Positions 28,597 through 39,140 of a stretch of 64,000 bases of DNA are shown here, piece after piece. The stretch lies in NCBI GenBank assembly GCA_025058515.1, contig JANXDW010000028.1, positions 3,540-67,539 of the forward strand. Reading direction: 5' to 3'. The position numbers and the translations under genes were made by a program. The notes beneath the pieces were generated by a model. It was not told the origin of the DNA. It saw only the letters and a list, made by a program, of their open reading frames with translations, and made no database searches. Position 1 is the first letter of the stretch. The number at the start of each line of letters is the position of its first letter. This DNA is from Aigarchaeota archaeon. Its GTDB lineage: Archaea > Thermoproteota > Nitrososphaeria_A > Caldarchaeales > Wolframiiraptoraceae.

Positions 28597-29565
28597 TCAG
28601 TATAGGTAGCAAGCTACTGAGTGACCTTTCTTAACTTCTTTTAATTCTGGTTCATCCTTATCACATGGCTCGAACCTATATGGACATCTTGGGTGAAATC
28701 TACATCCACGTGGTGGGTTAGCTGGGCTCGGCGGCTCTCCTACTAAAACTCTTCTCTCTCTCAACCTATTTGATGGATCTGGTTCTGGAACTGCTTCTAT
28801 CAATGCATGAGAATATGGATGTAAGGTATCGTTAACCAGTTCACGGGATCCTCCAATCTCTACTATCTTACCTAGATACATTACAGCTATCCTATTACTA
28901 AAATGCTTAGCTGTAGCTATATCATGAGTTATATATAGAAATGCAATACCATACTTCTCTTGAAGTTCTTTTAATAGATAGAGTATCTCAGCTCTACTTG
29001 AAGCATCTATCATCGAGACAGGCTCATCTGCAGCTATGTAGTCTGGTTTTAAGATTAATGCGCGAGCTATCCCAACCCTCTGCCTCTGCCCCCCGCTCAG
29101 CATATGTGGATACTTTCCCAAGAACTCTTCAATAGGTGTTAGTTTAACATCTGCTAAAGCCTTACTAATCAATTCAAGCCTCTCAGTTCTATCTCCGACC
29201 TTATGTAGTATGAGTGGTTCTTCAAGTATCTCTCTAACCGTCATGAACGGGTTTATACTTGAGTATGGATCTTGAAAGACTGCTTGAGCTCTCCTCCTAA
29301 ACCATTTCAACTCCTTCTCATCAACATCCGTTATATCTTTACCCTCAAAGAATATTCTTCCAGAGGTTGGCTTAAGGAGTCTGAGAGAGATTCTAGCGAG
29401 AGTTGTTTTACCACATCCAGATTCTCCAACTATCCCTAGAGCTTCCCCTTTAACTATACTTACGCTAACACCATCTACTGCCTTTATAGGTATTGTCTTG
29501 AATAACCCTACTCTAGATTGAAAATACATCTTGATATCTTCAAGCTTTATTAGCTCTCTATCCAT
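28597..29565 (-). CDS. Opp/Dpp-class ABC ATPase (OppF type)
   Basis: GESGCGKTT, LSGGQRQR, IAADEPVSMID, GCRFHPRCPYR. ATG at 29565 (MDRELIKLEDI) is preferred over the track start at 29616. Confidence 0.85.
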   Translation of the reverse strand: MDRELIKLEDIKMYFQSRVGLFKTIPIKAVDGVSVSIVKGEALGIVGESGCGKTTLARISLRLLKPTSGRIFFEGKDITDVDEKELKWFRRRAQAVFQDPYSSINPFMTVREILEEPLILHKVGDRTERLELISKALADVKLTPIEEFLGKYPHMLSGGQRQRVGIARALILKPDYIAADEPVSMIDASSRAEILYLLKELQEKYGIAFLYITHDIATAKHFSNRIAVMYLGKIVEIGGSRELVNDTLHPYSHALIEAVPEPDPSNRLRERRVLVGEPPSPANPPRGCRFHPRCPYRFEPCDKDEPELKEVKKGHSVACYLY

Positions 29566-30523
29566 GTTCTCCACCATATAGCCAACACTTCGTTCTCCAA
29601 TTTCTCTCCAACTCAAAATCTAATGGTTCACGTTCTCTACAGATCTCCATAACATAAGGGCATCTTGGGTGGAATCTACATCCACTTGGTGGATTAACTA
29701 AGTCTGGAGGAGTTCCAGGAATGAAGTCTGGTTTCTCTTCTCCTCTCAATCTAGGAGTAGCTTTCAATAGCTTTTGAGTATATGGATGTTTAGGAGATAG
29801 TAAGATCTGTTCTGCTAACCCTATCTCAACGATCTGTCCAGCATACATTACAGCGATCCTATCACTTATATCGCTTGCGAGCGCGATATCGTGTGTGATG
29901 AAGATCATTGAGAGATTGAGCTCCTTCTTCAATCTCTTCAGTAGATTCATTATCTGAGCTTGAATACTTACATCTAATGCTGAGGTAGGCTCATCGAGTA
30001 TAATGATCTTAGGGTTCATTACCAAGGCCATAGCTATAACTATTCTCTGTTTCATTCCTCCACTCAGTTCATGAGGGTATCGATTGAATAATTCTTCATG
30101 TAATCCGACAAGCTTCATCTTCTCTCTAGCTATACTATATGCTTCATCCTTATTCATTCCCGCATGGATTATTAATGGCTCAGCTATCTGTAATCCTACT
30201 CTAATTACTGGATTCAATACGTTCATAGCTCCTTGAAAGACCATCGAGATCATCTTCCATCTAATCTTTCTCCTAACTTCTTCTTCAGTTAGCTCAACAA
30301 TATTAACACCCTCGATTAAGATCTTTCCTTCATACTTGTCTATATTGCTTGGAAGAGTCTTCATTATAGCATTAGCTAGACTAGTTTTACCACATCCAGA
30401 TTCTCCAACTATCCCTAGAGCTTCCCCATAATCTAACTGGAAAGAGATATTGTCAACAGCTCTAACAATTCCTCTAAGACTCTTGTAGAAAAGTTTTAAC
30501 CCCACTATTTCTAGAAGAGCCAT
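29558..30523 (-). CDS. Opp/Dpp-class ABC ATPase (OppD type)
   Basis: GESGCGKTS, LSGGMKQR, ILDEPTSALD, GCRFHPRCPYV. Confidence 0.9.
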   Translation of the reverse strand: MALLEIVGLKLFYKSLRGIVRAVDNISFQLDYGEALGIVGESGCGKTSLANAIMKTLPSNIDKYEGKILIEGVNIVELTEEEVRRKIRWKMISMVFQGAMNVLNPVIRVGLQIAEPLIIHAGMNKDEAYSIAREKMKLVGLHEELFNRYPHELSGGMKQRIVIAMALVMNPKIIILDEPTSALDVSIQAQIMNLLKRLKKELNLSMIFITHDIALASDISDRIAVMYAGQIVEIGLAEQILLSPKHPYTQKLLKATPRLRGEEKPDFIPGTPPDLVNPPSGCRFHPRCPYVMEICREREPLDFELERNWRTKCWLYGGEHG

Positions 30524-30541
30524 AATAATCCACCAGAACTA

Positions 30542-31978
30542 TTACTTTATCTTTCTTAACCTAGGATTGACGACAGGCTCCATGCCTAATGCTATTAATA
30601 CGAAGGTTATGGCCGTCCATATGATTAGGATACCTGGAGGGATTATCCACCACCATAACCCTACGTATATCCCACCACTTCTAAACCCGTATTCTAAGAT
30701 CTGACCCCAAGTAGGTAGAGTAGGATCTCCTAATCCTAGAAAGCTAAGTGCTGCTTCAAGAAGTATGAATGTAGGGGTGAAGAAGATCAATTGGGCAAAG
30801 ATGAATGGTGCGACTTGTGGAAAGATGTGTTTAAACATTATCCACCATCTAGGAGCACCAATAGAGATCGCTGCTTCTATGAATTGTCCAGATTTGAGCT
30901 GTAAGACCATGGATCTTACTATTATAGTTAGTGTTGGCCATCCGAAGACTACGAGTAAGAAGACTAGTATCCATATATTCTGACCGAGAATGAATGCTAA
31001 GAATATTAAGAATGGAAGGAGAGGAATATTGTTGATGAAGTCTGCTATTCTCTGTATGACTTCATCTACCCTCCCCCCTAGGTATCCTCCAACTATTCCC
31101 AGACCTGCACCTAATAGTGTAGTAATCGTTGAGGTCACTATACCTATGAATAGAGCTACTGGGAAACCGAAGAGTAATCCAATAAATAGATCTCTTCCAA
31201 GAGAATCTGTCCCCATTACTCCATATACCTCTCCTCCTATAACTAGAGTGACCTCGCCTACCTCGTCGTTTGGATTATATGTATAAACATCTATTGTAAA
31301 GATGTATTGACCTTTCAACACTTTGAATTCCCTATCTCTTACAGGTATACTGAATAAGATTTTATGCTGCCCGATAGAGTTTACTTCACTAGGTCTCAAG
31401 GTCACATTGTACTCTCTGTACAAAAATCTAGATAGAGCTGTTGCGGTTAACATGTCTCCCGTTATAGAAATTCGCTTCGGTTGATCGTAATATCTACGAT
31501 ATGGTGGTTCTTCTCCAAGGTATGGACCAGACACGATGAACGAGTATACTTCTATATTCTTCATGTCAGGTCTGAGTACACTTAATTTTACAGTTGAAGG
31601 TCTCTCATGATATGTTATATCTAGGATGGTGAATGAGATGAATGAGGGAGGTCTATCTGCTTGAAAATCTATCTCAAAGATGTATGATAACTTTCTCTCA
31701 GTACCAGTTAGAGTAATGTTAGATGGTTTAGTGTATGTTAAAACATAGTGTTCAGGAGCTTTCTCACTTGATATGAGGTTTACCCATGCTGGTGGAGCAG
31801 ATTTAGGATAGTCTGCCCAGTAAGATGGATTATTCCAGTATCTTACTCCAAAATCTAGTGGATAGGAGGCAACTACATATATGCTGGCTAAAATTAGCAT
31901 AGATAAGAATATCAATCCTACTTTCGATACATTCAACCTCCAAAATTCTTTTAGAGACTCTCTTAAATTCATTGCCAT
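30542..31978 (-). CDS. Opp/Dpp-class ABC permease (DppC type) with a large extracytoplasmic N-terminal insertion
   Basis: 478 aa versus 294-296 aa for the paralogues in this window. One TM helix, about 220 non-hydrophobic residues, then the usual permease core ending VVNPRLRKIK. Confidence 0.85.
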   Translation of the reverse strand: MAMNLRESLKEFWRLNVSKVGLIFLSMLILASIYVVASYPLDFGVRYWNNPSYWADYPKSAPPAWVNLISSEKAPEHYVLTYTKPSNITLTGTERKLSYIFEIDFQADRPPSFISFTILDITYHERPSTVKLSVLRPDMKNIEVYSFIVSGPYLGEEPPYRRYYDQPKRISITGDMLTATALSRFLYREYNVTLRPSEVNSIGQHKILFSIPVRDREFKVLKGQYIFTIDVYTYNPNDEVGEVTLVIGGEVYGVMGTDSLGRDLFIGLLFGFPVALFIGIVTSTITTLLGAGLGIVGGYLGGRVDEVIQRIADFINNIPLLPFLIFLAFILGQNIWILVFLLVVFGWPTLTIIVRSMVLQLKSGQFIEAAISIGAPRWWIMFKHIFPQVAPFIFAQLIFFTPTFILLEAALSFLGLGDPTLPTWGQILEYGFRSGGIYVGLWWWIIPPGILIIWTAITFVLIALGMEPVVNPRLRKIK

Positions 31979-33024
31979 CAGTATCTCACTCTCGGATCTA
32001 GGATAACATAGAGAACTTCTAGGATGAATCTTGCTACAACGTATACTAGTGTGAATATGTAGGTTAAGGCTATGACTACTACTTCATCCATAACTAGTAC
32101 GGCATCATAGAAGAGCCTCCCTATTCCAGGCCAGCTAAAAACGGTCTCAGTTAAGATAGCTCCAGAGATTGAAGTAGCTAATCCTAGGATAACATTTGTA
32201 ATGATTGGTGGAGCTGCGACTCTGATAATATATCTTCTTCTAATAAGTTCTTCAGGGAATCCTTTAGCTCTAGCAGCGTTTACGAAATCTTCTTGAGCTG
32301 TATTGAGAACGATCGTTCTAGTTGTGTATATCCATACTCCTACAAGAGCTATAACTAGGGTTGTCACTGGTAGAACTGCATGCCATAGCATATCTAGAAA
32401 TCTTAGGAAAGGATCTGTGGGAGGAGGGGTACTATAGAGCCCGCCGAAGGGAAATAATCGGAGGAAGAATGAGAATACTAGTATGAGTATTATTCCTATC
32501 CACCATGTTGGGATAGCGTATGAGACTGCTGAGAAGTATGATGAGATTCTATCTAATAGACCTCCAACTCTCGTCGCTATCCTCACACCTACAATTAATC
32601 CTACTAATGCACTAATAGCGGTAGCTGAGGTAACCAATATGATAGTGTTCGGTAATCGCTCCATGATTATCTCTGAGACTTTATTACCTCCTGCAAAAGT
32701 CTTTAATGTTCTTGCTTTACCTAAATCTAAAGTTATAACCCTCCAAGCCATATCAGGTAGACGAATATACCAAGGCTTAGTTAAACCATAAAACTCCATT
32801 AACTCTTGTTTTCTTATAGCTAGTACGCGGTTGAGTTCTTCAGGGTCTTTGATAGTTTTAGCAAGAGCTTGTCTAAGCATCATTACTTCTTCATTAACCA
32901 TGGCTTGCAAGATCTTGTCGGATGTACCAGTAGCCCCTAGGATTATCACCATGAAGAAAACTACAAGTATTAATACTAAGGCTAAAGTGGTAGCTCTAAA
33001 TATTAGCGTCCTAGCTAAACCCAT
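31978..33024 (-). CDS. Opp/Dpp-class ABC permease (DppB type)
   Basis: 348 aa polytopic protein ending ILDPRVRY. Confidence 0.85.
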   Translation of the reverse strand: MGLARTLIFRATTLALVLILVVFFMVIILGATGTSDKILQAMVNEEVMMLRQALAKTIKDPEELNRVLAIRKQELMEFYGLTKPWYIRLPDMAWRVITLDLGKARTLKTFAGGNKVSEIIMERLPNTIILVTSATAISALVGLIVGVRIATRVGGLLDRISSYFSAVSYAIPTWWIGIILILVFSFFLRLFPFGGLYSTPPPTDPFLRFLDMLWHAVLPVTTLVIALVGVWIYTTRTIVLNTAQEDFVNAARAKGFPEELIRRRYIIRVAAPPIITNVILGLATSISGAILTETVFSWPGIGRLFYDAVLVMDEVVVIALTYIFTLVYVVARFILEVLYVILDPRVRY

Positions 33025-33085
33025 CTCAACTAAGAGAGCTTTTTAAACACGAACATATAAGTATTCAAAAAAATAATAAGTTGGT

Positions 33086-35686
33086 TTATTGTGTTTTCTT
33101 TAATCTCCTTGATAGTATTGTTGTTAAAGCTACTGCGACTATTAGTATAACTGCGAAGACTCCTATAGCTTCTACAGGTATAGTTGTAACTGTAGTTGTG
33201 ACAGTTGGTGGGGTAACCGTCTGAGTCACATATACTGTCTCTACTGCTTCTACTCTACGTTCCAAGACCTTAAAGCTTTCAACACCTTCTGCTACGAATG
33301 CTACTTGGTCACTATATCCACCTATTACTAGATTATACGTGCCAGGACCTATCTCCCATGTGAATCCTTTCGATAACCTTATCTCAAATCTCGTAGGTGT
33401 AACTTTTTCAGCCTCACCTGAAGCTAGTATCTGCCCTGTAGCTGGATTAACTACGAGGTACTTAGCTTCAAGTGTTCCTGGTCCAGATAGATCTACTGTG
33501 AATAATGCCTCATCCCCTGCAGTTACATCTTTTACTTTAACATCTATTATCTCTACTCTTTCAGGTATACCGAAGTACCAGTCTCCAGGCTTAAATGGAT
33601 ATGTTGCATCTCTGAAGGCTTTCAATTCAGCGTACTGAGCAGCAGAGTCAAATCTATTTAGATAGAATGGTCCATTACTTATCTGCATATGTCCATGCTC
33701 ATTGAACCATGATATCGCTGCACGATATCTAGCTAATGCCTCATCTCTTGATGAATATATCTTATCACCGACCTTGAAGTAATTCTCTGGGAAGTATCCT
33801 CTTCCCGCAAACTCTTCCAAGACGTTCTTGATCATCTCAGCATGATCTTTTAAGACTACCGAGAGCCATGGTATTCCTAGCTTCTCAGCAGTTGTCTGCC
33901 CATATGCTGCCTGCTTCTTAACGAATACGAGTTCATTCATAGCGGCCATGAGTTCCCATGGAGGCGTCTCACTATAATACATAGAGTAATCAACTCCTAG
34001 AGGTGATGCGAACTCGGCTATATAGTTTGGATCGAAGTGCCAGTAGTTAACATAGATCTCGACAGTGTTTTGATCAACTATTCTTAATCCAACGAATTTG
34101 TCTAGAGTTACTTTCACGGTCTCAGCGATAGCGCTCTCAATAGTAGATCTCTCCTCATCGTAAGTGTTCTCTATCATAGAGGCTATGAAGTATAGTAGGT
34201 CGGCGATTGTTATCGGTTGTCCATGATGCCACTTAGACTTAAAGTATTTACTTAGATCCCATGTTACCTTACTCGTGGCCTCTTTACCTGCTACCGAGAC
34301 CCATCTATCTTCTTTAGCACTCCAAGTATATGCTCCCTCGGGTAGGATTAGCTTTCCGAACGGCCCCTCTGTTTCAACTTTATAACTTGCTCTAAATGGG
34401 ATAGGTGGACCCATGAATGGATGCCTGTATACAGGAGAATCGTATGTAGCCTTCCTAATATCAACACTATAAACATCTTGGAAACCTCCAACCCAGTTCC
34501 AAGTCGTGGTCTCGGTCCAGACCCATAGATGTCCAAACACTAAAGTATCTTTTCCAGGTATCCAAACTTCTCTAGGATTCCACGTACCTCTTAATCCTGT
34601 CCCAATATCATTTGTAACACCCTTCATATTCGGGTTAAAACCATATGCATCTAATCTCGTTGCTACCCATAATCTAATAGATTCTTGAATGCATATCTCG
34701 GTCGCCCGTCTATATAATTTATTCCTTGTCTCTAAATCTTGGAACTCTCCGACAGATATCTTCATACCAATGTCATCTAGCTCTTCATTTACGTAATTCC
34801 AGTAAGCTGGGTCTTGCCATCCAGGCATGTATCCAAACCATGGAGCACACATCTGGTTTATAGTTGATGAATCATATTTCTCCGGTGCACCTTTACCCCA
34901 TGCCTCAGTATAGAGATGCCACTCGAAATCTTTTGGATCAGTTAGATATACTTTTTCTATTGCTACACCAAATGGATGATATAATCTCTCTACTTGGAAT
35001 CCAAGTCTTTCAAGATCAGTTGCCACCGAGTCTCCGATCTGCCTCCTCTCATCTTCAATTCTTATTATGAATTTTAATGTTATAGGTTGATCTTTGTAAT
35101 ACCATTTACCTTCTTTCATAACCGCTCCAGCCTTAGTCATAGCATCTCTAACAAGCTTCATCGCATACTCTGGATCATATCTAAACTCATACTTCTTAAC
35201 AATATCAAATATGGTTATATAGTCTGGATCATATGCGCTTAGAAAAGTTATCATTGGAGATGCAAAACCTCTGAAGATCTCCTTACTGATATAATCTCTA
35301 TTAACGATATATTGTAATGCAATTCTTACTTCAGGTATTGATAGAGGATTCAACTGACCTTCTGGAGGAGGTGCAGGATTTATAACAATACTATACAATC
35401 CTGATGGAGCATTTATCAAGCTGATTGTAGGTTTTCCTACAAGCTCAGCGGCCACAGTAGATCTCAGACCAAAGAGATATGCATCTATCTCTCCAGCCTC
35501 TAATGCAGCAGGTGCAATGTCTAAGCTAACAGACTTAAATATTATTGATTCAGATGCTGGCCCCGGTCTTGTATGCGGTGGAGTATACTCGTTTATTATA
35601 TTCTGAAGATCTATCGCTGTGATCGTTGGTATTAGAAGAAGCATTAATGCAAGACAGATCCCGAGTAAAACCCATTCTTTTCTCAT
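33086..35686 (-). CDS. ABC transporter substrate-binding protein, family 5, C-terminally anchored
   Basis: 866 aa with N-terminal signal sequence. C-terminal Thr/Val/Pro linker (TVTPPTVTTTVTTIPV), then a TM helix and RRLKKTQ. Confidence 0.85.
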   Translation of the reverse strand: MRKEWVLLGICLALMLLLIPTITAIDLQNIINEYTPPHTRPGPASESIIFKSVSLDIAPAALEAGEIDAYLFGLRSTVAAELVGKPTISLINAPSGLYSIVINPAPPPEGQLNPLSIPEVRIALQYIVNRDYISKEIFRGFASPMITFLSAYDPDYITIFDIVKKYEFRYDPEYAMKLVRDAMTKAGAVMKEGKWYYKDQPITLKFIIRIEDERRQIGDSVATDLERLGFQVERLYHPFGVAIEKVYLTDPKDFEWHLYTEAWGKGAPEKYDSSTINQMCAPWFGYMPGWQDPAYWNYVNEELDDIGMKISVGEFQDLETRNKLYRRATEICIQESIRLWVATRLDAYGFNPNMKGVTNDIGTGLRGTWNPREVWIPGKDTLVFGHLWVWTETTTWNWVGGFQDVYSVDIRKATYDSPVYRHPFMGPPIPFRASYKVETEGPFGKLILPEGAYTWSAKEDRWVSVAGKEATSKVTWDLSKYFKSKWHHGQPITIADLLYFIASMIENTYDEERSTIESAIAETVKVTLDKFVGLRIVDQNTVEIYVNYWHFDPNYIAEFASPLGVDYSMYYSETPPWELMAAMNELVFVKKQAAYGQTTAEKLGIPWLSVVLKDHAEMIKNVLEEFAGRGYFPENYFKVGDKIYSSRDEALARYRAAISWFNEHGHMQISNGPFYLNRFDSAAQYAELKAFRDATYPFKPGDWYFGIPERVEIIDVKVKDVTAGDEALFTVDLSGPGTLEAKYLVVNPATGQILASGEAEKVTPTRFEIRLSKGFTWEIGPGTYNLVIGGYSDQVAFVAEGVESFKVLERRVEAVETVYVTQTVTPPTVTTTVTTIPVEAIGVFAVILIVAVALTTILSRRLKKTQ

Positions 35687-35833
35687 TTCTTATCGTGAGA
35701 ATCTAGCATGTCCATGTATATTTGTTTTCCTATGATAAACTGAGATCATTTATTAATTCTTGCCTACAGGGTCAAACTCATATATATGCTAACTCCATGG
35801 GCGGTTCAGAATCTCTAAACGTGTAACTTATCC

Positions 35834-36733
35834 TTATCTAGATAAAATTGATAAGATAAATGTTGATGTAAGTGCTAAGAGAAGTGGTATTGGTAGTCCT
35901 GGTAACTGTCTTCTCTTACTTAGCGAGTATAGTACTATCATGTATCCAATAATTATACTTATCGATGATGCTATTGCTGAGATTAATCCATGATTCAAGT
36001 ATATTGCAGAGATGGTTAAAGAGTAGAAGAATAAATCTCCTAAACCTACTGCTACATCTCCAATCTCAACTATGAGCCCTTTTAAGACTGGCGCATCCAT
36101 CTTAGTTATAGATGAGAGATGTCCTTTAAAGACTGCAATGATATCGTATATGGAGATCCCGATAATGAGTACTAAGAACGTCCAGTAAGGTAAGCTTACA
36201 CCTACCACAACTCCAGCTCCAGAAGCTATATATGCTGAGGCGGTAGAAGACTTCAATTCTCCTCCTTTAATAATAGAATATGCTACTAGAGTAGCTATGA
36301 CCGATGAAGAGATCAACAGTAAGTAGAATGAATATAGTTGGAAGGTTAATGTACTGATTAGTGTGTAGAGAGTGGTTATTCCAAAAGATATAACCCATAT
36401 CAATAAAGTTATCAAGACCTTGAAGAATCTAGGTTTCCTCCTTGCAAAATACAGTAAACCTATCCCAGAAATAGTAATGATCATTATAAACACTAAAGTG
36501 TTTAAGTATGGTGCAGGGTTTGATAATGCTTCAGCTGGAGGAGTAGATGGCTCAGGCTCTTCTAAAGGTGTTATTATAGGTTTATCAAATTTAACATCTG
36601 AAGATATCAAGATGCTTGAGAATGTCCAAGTCATAAATATAGTTAAGAAGACTGGGAGATAATTTATCAAGTTTGCTATTCTTGGAGCATCCAATCCTTG
36701 AAAATAGAGTGAAGACCAAAATAAAAATATCAT
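35834..36733 (-). CDS. Presenilin / signal-peptide-peptidase-like intramembrane aspartyl protease (A22 family)
   Basis: Polytopic protein with SIYDIIAVFKGH (YD motif), VGLGDLFFYS (GxGD motif) and a later LPGLPIP (PAL-like). Start is uncertain (36733, 36784 or 36856); I chose 36733 to avoid overlapping the divergent gene. Confidence 0.65.
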   Translation of the reverse strand: MIFLFWSSLYFQGLDAPRIANLINYLPVFLTIFMTWTFSSILISSDVKFDKPIITPLEEPEPSTPPAEALSNPAPYLNTLVFIMIITISGIGLLYFARRKPRFFKVLITLLIWVISFGITTLYTLISTLTFQLYSFYLLLISSSVIATLVAYSIIKGGELKSSTASAYIASGAGVVVGVSLPYWTFLVLIIGISIYDIIAVFKGHLSSITKMDAPVLKGLIVEIGDVAVGLGDLFFYSLTISAIYLNHGLISAIASSISIIIGYMIVLYSLSKRRQLPGLPIPLLLALTSTFILSILSR

Positions 36734-36782
36734 TAAGAAAAGTCTATTAGTTAAAGGAAATCCATAGCTGTTGAGATCGACC

Positions 36783-37172
36783 ATGAAGTATAGATTAATG
36801 GATCTACTCGCTTGCCCTATATGTAAGAAGTTCCCTCTAAACTTAATAGTATTCATGGAAGAAGAGATAAAGCCTCCTCATAAGATAGTTAGATGCGAAT
36901 TATTCTGCGCATATCATAATATAGATCTCTCTAATCAAGTAAGTACAGATTGTGAAAAATGCTATAGTAGAGAGATTAGAGATGGATTGATCTTCTGCGG
37001 TAATTGTAATCGTTGGTACCCGATTGAAGAAGAGATACCTAGAATGCTTCCCGATGAATTAAGGAATAAAAATGATGATATATCTTTCTTGAATAAGTGG
37101 AGGATGAAGATCCCTGAGAGAATACTGTATGAAGGAAAACCATCATCATTAACAACTAGAAATAACATCTAG
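36783..37172 (+). CDS. Trm112-like zinc-ribbon protein
   Basis: MKYRLMDLLACPICKKFPL ... CGNCNRWYPIEEEIPRMLP fits the split Trm112/UPF0434 zinc-ribbon pattern. Confidence 0.7.
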   Translation: MKYRLMDLLACPICKKFPLNLIVFMEEEIKPPHKIVRCELFCAYHNIDLSNQVSTDCEKCYSREIRDGLIFCGNCNRWYPIEEEIPRMLPDELRNKNDDISFLNKWRMKIPERILYEGKPSSLTTRNNI

Positions 37173-37352
37173 GTTCAGAGACCTATTAGAAAGATATCTA
37201 TTTAGAAACTCTCTAATAAAAAGAAAAGTTAAATACTATTGACAAGATCTCCAATATCCTCGGCTACCGTTCTTAGCTTTGTGGTTAAATGTAAATAAAG
37301 GTCTTTTAACTACCTCATACTTAAGAATCTTGTATAATAGAGGTGAACATGG

Positions 37353-37673
37353 ATGAGCGTAGGACCATCCGGTGAAGCTATTATCTTGGTGGGGAAGAAG
37401 CCGACGATGAACTACGTCCTTGCAACCACTCTACCATTGACAGAAGGAAGAAAAGTTGTATTGAAAGCACGTGGAAGAGCTATCAGTAAAGCTGTAGACG
37501 TAGTAGAGGTTGTTAGGAGAAGGTTCATCCACGATGCGCAGGTAGAGAACGTTAAGATAGGAACTGAAGAAGGAAGAGTTGGAAACGATGGAAGACCGAG
37601 GAACGTTAGCACTATCGAGATCGTATTGACACCGCCAACCCCAGCAGCCTCAGCACCCAGCAAGAAGAAGTAA
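37353..37673 (+). CDS. albA: Alba DNA/RNA-binding chromatin protein
   Basis: ILVGKKPTMNYVLATT ... LKARGRAISKAVDVVEVVRRRF is the classic Alba fold sequence, followed by a Pro/Ala/Lys tail. Confidence 0.9.
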   Translation: MSVGPSGEAIILVGKKPTMNYVLATTLPLTEGRKVVLKARGRAISKAVDVVEVVRRRFIHDAQVENVKIGTEEGRVGNDGRPRNVSTIEIVLTPPTPAASAPSKKK

Positions 37674-37760
37674 CAACCTTACTCCACACCTATTTATTTT
37701 TAATTTTTAACTATCTTCTTCTATAAAGATCTTTGAGTAGAAGGTTTTTACTTATTAAGT

Positions 37761-38201
37761 ATGGAAGACCTCTATTATTTACAGAGTATGAGTGGATTGA
37801 ATACTTCTGAAAAGCCTGTCGCTGTTTTCGTCTTGACGATAGTATCTGGGTTATTAATGGTCGCTATAAGTGTATACAGTCTATTCATGTGGTTCTTCCC
37901 TCCATTTAAAAGTTGGTATCCGCCTATGTATGGACCGATGTGGTGTCATATGTGTGGATGGATTACGGGAACTTTTAACTGGAGTTTCTTTACACTATTC
38001 ATGATATTAACTATAGCTTTTGGAGTAATCATCCTCTTAAGTGGATTTATGGCCTACATGCATCCAGAAAATATACAGATCTGGGGAGTGATAATAGTAA
38101 TCTTCTCTACACTAAGCTTACTAAGTGGTGGAGTTCTCATAATAGCATCAATCCTCGGACTAGCTTCAGGAATAATCGCATTAACTTGGAAGAAAACATA
38201 A
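37761..38201 (+). CDS. Hypothetical integral membrane protein
   Basis: 146 aa with about 4 predicted TM helices. No family recognised. Confidence 0.45.
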   Translation: MEDLYYLQSMSGLNTSEKPVAVFVLTIVSGLLMVAISVYSLFMWFFPPFKSWYPPMYGPMWCHMCGWITGTFNWSFFTLFMILTIAFGVIILLSGFMAYMHPENIQIWGVIIVIFSTLSLLSGGVLIIASILGLASGIIALTWKKT

Positions 38202-38274
38202 ACGTTAAATCATCTATTCGAATTGTGGTCACTGATTTATATACTCGAGATTATACAAGATTTATGATGCATTC

Positions 38275-39138
38275 ATGGATGTTATTGAAGTTGATGAAGA
38301 ATTTGTTAAGAAAGTTATTAAGCCTAGGAGATCTTCATCTCATAAAGGTCAGAATGGTATAGTATTAGTGGTTGGAGGAAGCTGGCTATATCATGGCGCA
38401 CCATTCTTATCTGCTATGGCCGCTCTCAGAACTGGAGTAGACTTAGCATACATAGCAACACCTGAAAAAACTGCTCTCTCTATCAGAGCCCTCTCACCCA
38501 ATATTATAGTGATACCTTTAACAGATGTAAAGTTAACTAGAGGTGCCTCGAGAAGGATTATGAAGATCCTTCCAACTGTAGATGCAGTAGTAATAGGGCC
38601 TGGGTTAGCTGAAGGAAGTGAGAAGGGTATAGAATACGTTATCCAAGAAGCTCTAGCACTCGATAAGAAGCTCGTTCTAGATGCTGCAGCACTCTATCCA
38701 AGAGTACTCTTGAGAATAAGTAAGAGAAAGGTTGTCGTAACCCCTCATGCAGGAGAATTTAAAAGAATGTTTAACTTAGAGTTATCTGGAGACTTATCTG
38801 AGAGGATTACTAAAGTTAAGGAGAAGGCTGTGGAGTTTAAGATTACGATCCTACTTAAGGGAATGATCGATATAATCTCTAATGGTGAGAAGATAGCGAT
38901 AAACAAGACAGGTTCACCAGCAATGACAGTAGGAGGAACAGGAGATGTATTAACTGGAATAGTAGCCGCTATATTAGCTAAAGGTGTTGAACCATTTGAG
39001 GCAGCAGCAGTTGGAGCATGGTTCAATGGGAGAGCAGGTGAAGAAGCATTTAAGATCTATGGATTACACATAACTGCTACAGATTTGATAGATCTCATCC
39101 CCAAGGTTATGAAGAGTTTCGATGTGATAGTTGATTAG
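38275..39138 (+). CDS. nnrD: ADP/ATP-dependent NAD(P)H-hydrate dehydratase (YjeF C-terminal type carbohydrate kinase fold)
   Basis: HKGQNGIVLVVGGS near the N-terminus and an intact GGTGDVLTGIVAAILAKG motif. Confidence 0.8.
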   Translation: MDVIEVDEEFVKKVIKPRRSSSHKGQNGIVLVVGGSWLYHGAPFLSAMAALRTGVDLAYIATPEKTALSIRALSPNIIVIPLTDVKLTRGASRRIMKILPTVDAVVIGPGLAEGSEKGIEYVIQEALALDKKLVLDAAALYPRVLLRISKRKVVVTPHAGEFKRMFNLELSGDLSERITKVKEKAVEFKITILLKGMIDIISNGEKIAINKTGSPAMTVGGTGDVLTGIVAAILAKGVEPFEAAAVGAWFNGRAGEEAFKIYGLHITATDLIDLIPKVMKSFDVIVD

Positions 39139-39140
39139 AT

